IMG/VR virus record: IMGVR_UViG_3300028920_000002
Span: 32,001 to 96,000 of that record
DNA from: a virus
Reading direction: 5' to 3' (one strand)
Length of the DNA stretch: 64,000 nucleotides
This document shows, piece by piece, positions 61,011 to 64,000 of the stretch. The notes under the pieces are model-generated. The model was not told the DNA's origin and did not search any database. It was given only the letters and a program-made list of their open reading frames with translations. How positions within the stretch are numbered: the first letter of the stretch is position 1; the number at the start of each line of letters is the position of its first letter. The translations under genes and the position numbers were made by a program.

Positions 61011-63047
61011 ATCGCCGTCTTCATCGAGCTCACCACCAACCCTGTAGAGCAGAACTACAGCAAGAACATCGACAAGCATCGTGCCGGCGGTCGTAGCTCT
61101 CGTGCTGGCAAGCAGGTCGCCCGGCGTCCACACCGAGGTATCGAAATCAAGGAAGACACCTACGCCATGCTCAAGGTCATCACGGCCAGTGGCGAGGACA
61201 TTCCATTAGTCGATTCGAGCTCGTTCTTGGGGACCACGACTGGTGGCTACTCCAACTTCCTACTGCAGCAGGTGGTGGAGTCTCGGATGGAGCGGCATCA
61301 AATCATCGAGACCTTTGGGGCCTCGTACGTGTTCTTCTTCGGAGAGTCCCCACGCTTCCTGGATTGCGCATCCATCATTCTCAACACACACGACTTCAAC
61401 TGGCGTGCAGAGTGGTGGACCAACTACAACACCTACCTGCGTGGTACTCGGTTGGTAGAGATGGGTGCGCGCTGCTACTTGTTCTACGACGACAACATCA
61501 TCGAGGGCTACATCGTGCAGGCATCCGCCACCGAGCAGGCGGGCATGCCGTACCACATCAATCTGAACTTCCGCTTCTTCGTCACCAACTGCAGCAACCT
61601 CTCGATGGAGGGCAATATCGGCGAGTTCCCCATCCGCTCGAGCGTGGTGCTCCCGGACGGGGTGGAGCTCGGCAGTGGGGACGCTTGGCGCCGCATCATC
61701 AACGCGTATCGAGGTGAGGCTGCGTCGGCATTGGCTGGTCGAGAGGCCAGCCGACGTATGGCAGAAGCAGCGCGTACCAAGGCAGAGAGTGAGAAGACTG
61801 GCCTGTTTGGCCTACCTGCTCCTACGAAACTCGGGGCGCCAACCAGGCAGAGCCTGACTAGTATCATCCGTGAAGCCGGTCCTACTTTCTCTGCTGACCC
61901 TTCGGTGCTAGCCGGCTTGGGAGCAGGGCCCGGCATCCTGGTGGACCCAGCTAACCCGGCCAACCCGATGATGAGCATCCCGCGGGATGGCAAGCCCCTG
62001 CGCGGCTACATCGCGGAGAACTACGACGAATACACCGGCCTCGGCTATGCGCTCACCTACGCCTCCTTCGCTCCCGGAGCCAATCGCCCACCGCTGTTCA
62101 TGCAATCCCATCTCACCAGGGACCTGCAGGAGTCGGACGACGCGTTCCGGCAGGCCATTGAGGCCCTCACCTGCTTCGGAGCCAACATCAACGGCCCGGA
62201 GCCGCTCATCAGCCTGGGTCTCGGTCCCAACTTCTTGCGTGGAGGCAAGCTGGACGCCGCCAGCTTCAGGGCGATGGCCCTAGACCCTACCGGCTACTCC
62301 ACCGCCAAGGAGCTGCTGTACGAGCCACTGAAGGGGCAGTATGAGCGCACACAGGATTGGTGGAACAGCGGTCGGGCCGCCGAGCAGTTTGACCGCTCTC
62401 AGCGACGCTTCGAGGAGGGAGCCAGCCGCTTCGGGGACGCCATCCTGCGGGCCCACGACCCATTGGGGGTGGTCTATGGCGGGCGCCAGCCTCAAGAAGA
62501 GAACCTGGTCACCAACTCCCGTTACACCGAGGGCGCCGGCGACCCGCTGTACGGCTACCCGAGCGACTTCGCTGAGGGTCCTGGCTACGGACAGACCGGC
62601 TTCGGCAACTTCGGCGGAATCAGCTTCGGTTCCGGCTCGAGTACGGGGGACCCGGGCTTCAAAGACCCGAACAAGTTCACCTTCGCCGGAGTGGCAGATG
62701 AGCGTGATGCCTTCGACCGCTTCCTGCTGCCGCAAGATGATGGTACCTCGCTCAGCGGGCGTAATCGAGACCGTCGTGGCTTCAACTCTGGCGGTGCCTC
62801 CTTCGAGATTGGAGGGGAGATGAGCGCCTTCTCCCTCATCTCCGTAGATGGCATTCTCACTCCTGAAGGCGACGCGCGTAGCCAGGTCGACGCCATTCGT
62901 GAGCGCCAGGAGGCGCAGAAGTTCGGATTCTCCGTGGACAATCCGTTCGGCGTGCAGTGTCCTACTCCACCAGGCACCGTCAGCTTTAGCGATAGCACTG
63001 GCACAGATAGTAGCTATTCAGATGGCTTCAGCCATTCATTCCCATGA
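61011..63047 (+). CDS. Baseplate/tail-tube-initiator-like protein; coding frame extends 52 codons upstream of ATG 61167
   Basis: Frame open and well biased from 61002; first plausible start is ATC 61011 (I-A-V-F-I-E-L); follows the tape measure gene. Confidence 0.62.
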   Translation: MAVFIELTTNPVEQNYSKNIDKHRAGGRSSRAGKQVARRPHRGIEIKEDTYAMLKVITASGEDIPLVDSSSFLGTTTGGYSNFLLQQVVESRMERHQIIETFGASYVFFFGESPRFLDCASIILNTHDFNWRAEWWTNYNTYLRGTRLVEMGARCYLFYDDNIIEGYIVQASATEQAGMPYHINLNFRFFVTNCSNLSMEGNIGEFPIRSSVVLPDGVELGSGDAWRRIINAYRGEAASALAGREASRRMAEAARTKAESEKTGLFGLPAPTKLGAPTRQSLTSIIREAGPTFSADPSVLAGLGAGPGILVDPANPANPMMSIPRDGKPLRGYIAENYDEYTGLGYALTYASFAPGANRPPLFMQSHLTRDLQESDDAFRQAIEALTCFGANINGPEPLISLGLGPNFLRGGKLDAASFRAMALDPTGYSTAKELLYEPLKGQYERTQDWWNSGRAAEQFDRSQRRFEEGASRFGDAILRAHDPLGVVYGGRQPQEENLVTNSRYTEGAGDPLYGYPSDFAEGPGYGQTGFGNFGGISFGSGSSTGDPGFKDPNKFTFAGVADERDAFDRFLLPQDDGTSLSGRNRDRRGFNSGGASFEIGGEMSAFSLISVDGILTPEGDARSQVDAIRERQEAQKFGFSVDNPFGVQCPTPPGTVSFSDSTGTDSSYSDGFSHSFP

Positions 63048-64000
63048 CCGGTGAGCACGTCTCCTTCGCTCTCCCTCTGCGCATCCGCCTCTTCTTGGAA
63101 GGGGTGGAGGTGCCCATCATCTCTGCCACCATCCAGACCTCCCCCAATAGTCCAAGCATGGCGACGTTCCAAGTGCCACCGCTGGTGGAGGGCACTCGCC
63201 TACTGCCCCGTACGTTGGTGCACCTGTTCTTCCTCGACATGTACGCGACCTCCAATCCGTACGTGACCGCGACGAATCTGCGCACCTCAAGAGAAGACGC
63301 CAACCAGAGTCCCACGGCAGTCGATGAGGCTCAGGCATCTCGTGGGATAGCTATCACTCCATCGCCTTGCGGACATCGAGCCCTAGGCGACTCCGAGAAC
63401 AGGCGATACAAGCTGCTCTTTGTAGGTGAGGTGATTGGCTTCCAATGGACCAAGAGCCCAGTAAGCCGCTCGCTGGTGCTGCAGTGCCAGGACCTCAGCA
63501 ACTACTGGGACTACGCGTATCAGTGGGGTAATACCGGCATCTTCGGTCCCGGGTACAAGGCCATCTTCTCAGGTGGAGCCACGAATCTTTTCACCGACTT
63601 TCTCTCGAGCAAGGGCAGCGTCATCACGCAGATTGTGTCTCGAGGAAAGTGCAACACCTACCCCCAGCTCAAGGGGCTGGCAGCCGGCATCATCCGACTC
63701 ATCGAGGCCATCGGCGGAAGCTACTACGCTCGACCTGACCCCAAGGGTAAGGCCACGCGTAAGTACGCTGGTCAAAACGTCTTCTTCAGTACGGCAGAGC
63801 TACGCCTGCACATCACGCAGATGATAGCGGCGGTGGAGGACGACCCGACCTCCAAACGCATTCTCAGCCGCCAGGGCTACAGCGGGATGTTCAACCGTGC
63901 CATCGGTGGACAAGGTGCCCAGGTCTCTATCCGCAAGGCCATCAACGCCTTGAGCGCCATCATGTTTCACGAGACGTACGCTCAACCCTGCCCGCTGTAC
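63044..64000 (+). CDS. Baseplate hub (gp27/VgrG-like) protein, 3' truncated by window end (not in the ORF track)
   Basis: ATGA coupling; open to base 64000; LRIRLFLEGVEVPI...LLFVGEVIGF...LVLQCQDLSNYWD. Confidence 0.7.
   Translation, partial: MTGEHVSFALPLRIRLFLEGVEVPIISATIQTSPNSPSMATFQVPPLVEGTRLLPRTLVHLFFLDMYATSNPYVTATNLRTSREDANQSPTAVDEAQASRGIAITPSPCGHRALGDSENRRYKLLFVGEVIGFQWTKSPVSRSLVLQCQDLSNYWDYAYQWGNTGIFGPGYKAIFSGGATNLFTDFLSSKGSVITQIVSRGKCNTYPQLKGLAAGIIRLIEAIGGSYYARPDPKGKATRKYAGQNVFFSTAELRLHITQMIAAVEDDPTSKRILSRQGYSGMFNRAIGGQGAQVSIRKAINALSAIMFHETYAQPCPLY

Noticed and set aside
60999-61011. -1 frameshift from the HTH remnant into the baseplate gene
   Set aside because: The -1 frame has TAG at 60999 and no slippery heptamer in the few codons that remain
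63347-63356. Palindrome GATAGCTATC
   Set aside because: Isolated 10-mer within a coding frame with no regulatory context
1-64000. Alternative genetic code (stop-codon reassignment, seen in some large phages)
   Set aside because: Code 11 gives near-complete tiling with ATGA/GTGA coupling, and TAA, TAG and TGA all end genes cleanly
1-64000. tRNA, rRNA, integrase or IS elements
   Set aside because: No cloverleaf-like sequence, recombinase motifs or terminal inverted repeats seen, and almost no intergenic space to hold them; a tRNAscan/Infernal run would be needed to exclude them fully

Overview
The whole window reads as part of a large, GC-rich, contractile-tailed (myovirus-type) bacteriophage genome. 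It uses the standard genetic code, is very densely coding, and has mostly AGGAG-type ribosome-binding sites. Order: head/packaging block (terminase large subunit 5.5-7.3 kb, prohead protease 10.3-12.0 kb, scaffold-like and internal head proteins, decoration protein, major capsid protein 15.6-16.7 kb, neck proteins); tail sheath and tube (24.2-28.5 kb); a possible lysis/membrane cassette; about 26 kb of small non-structural genes (ThyX, dNMP kinase, GIY-YIG nuclease, GroES, GNAT, DnaA-domain-IV/RHH fusion, histone-H1-like protein, many Zn-ribbon microproteins) that also holds a displaced tail-assembly-chaperone pair joined by a -1 frameshift site; then tape measure and baseplate genes running off the window end. 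I saw no portal, polymerase, tRNA, rRNA or CRISPR array. The strongest candidate for an undescribed system is a K-x-A(/S/G) motif saturating about a dozen head-associated proteins but nearly absent from tail and non-structural proteins. It looks like a prohead-protease cleavage code. It ends a shared N-terminal DELxKIA leader, bounds glycine-zipper membrane cassettes with foreign codon usage, and separates a nucleotidyltransferase and an ADP-ribosyltransferase-like domain in one cargo polyprotein. A second candidate is a cluster of TTATCCC boxes around an AT-rich island, resembling variant DnaA boxes, in a genome that encodes a DnaA domain IV with an altered recognition helix. All family assignments come from motif recognition by eye; no database search was run.
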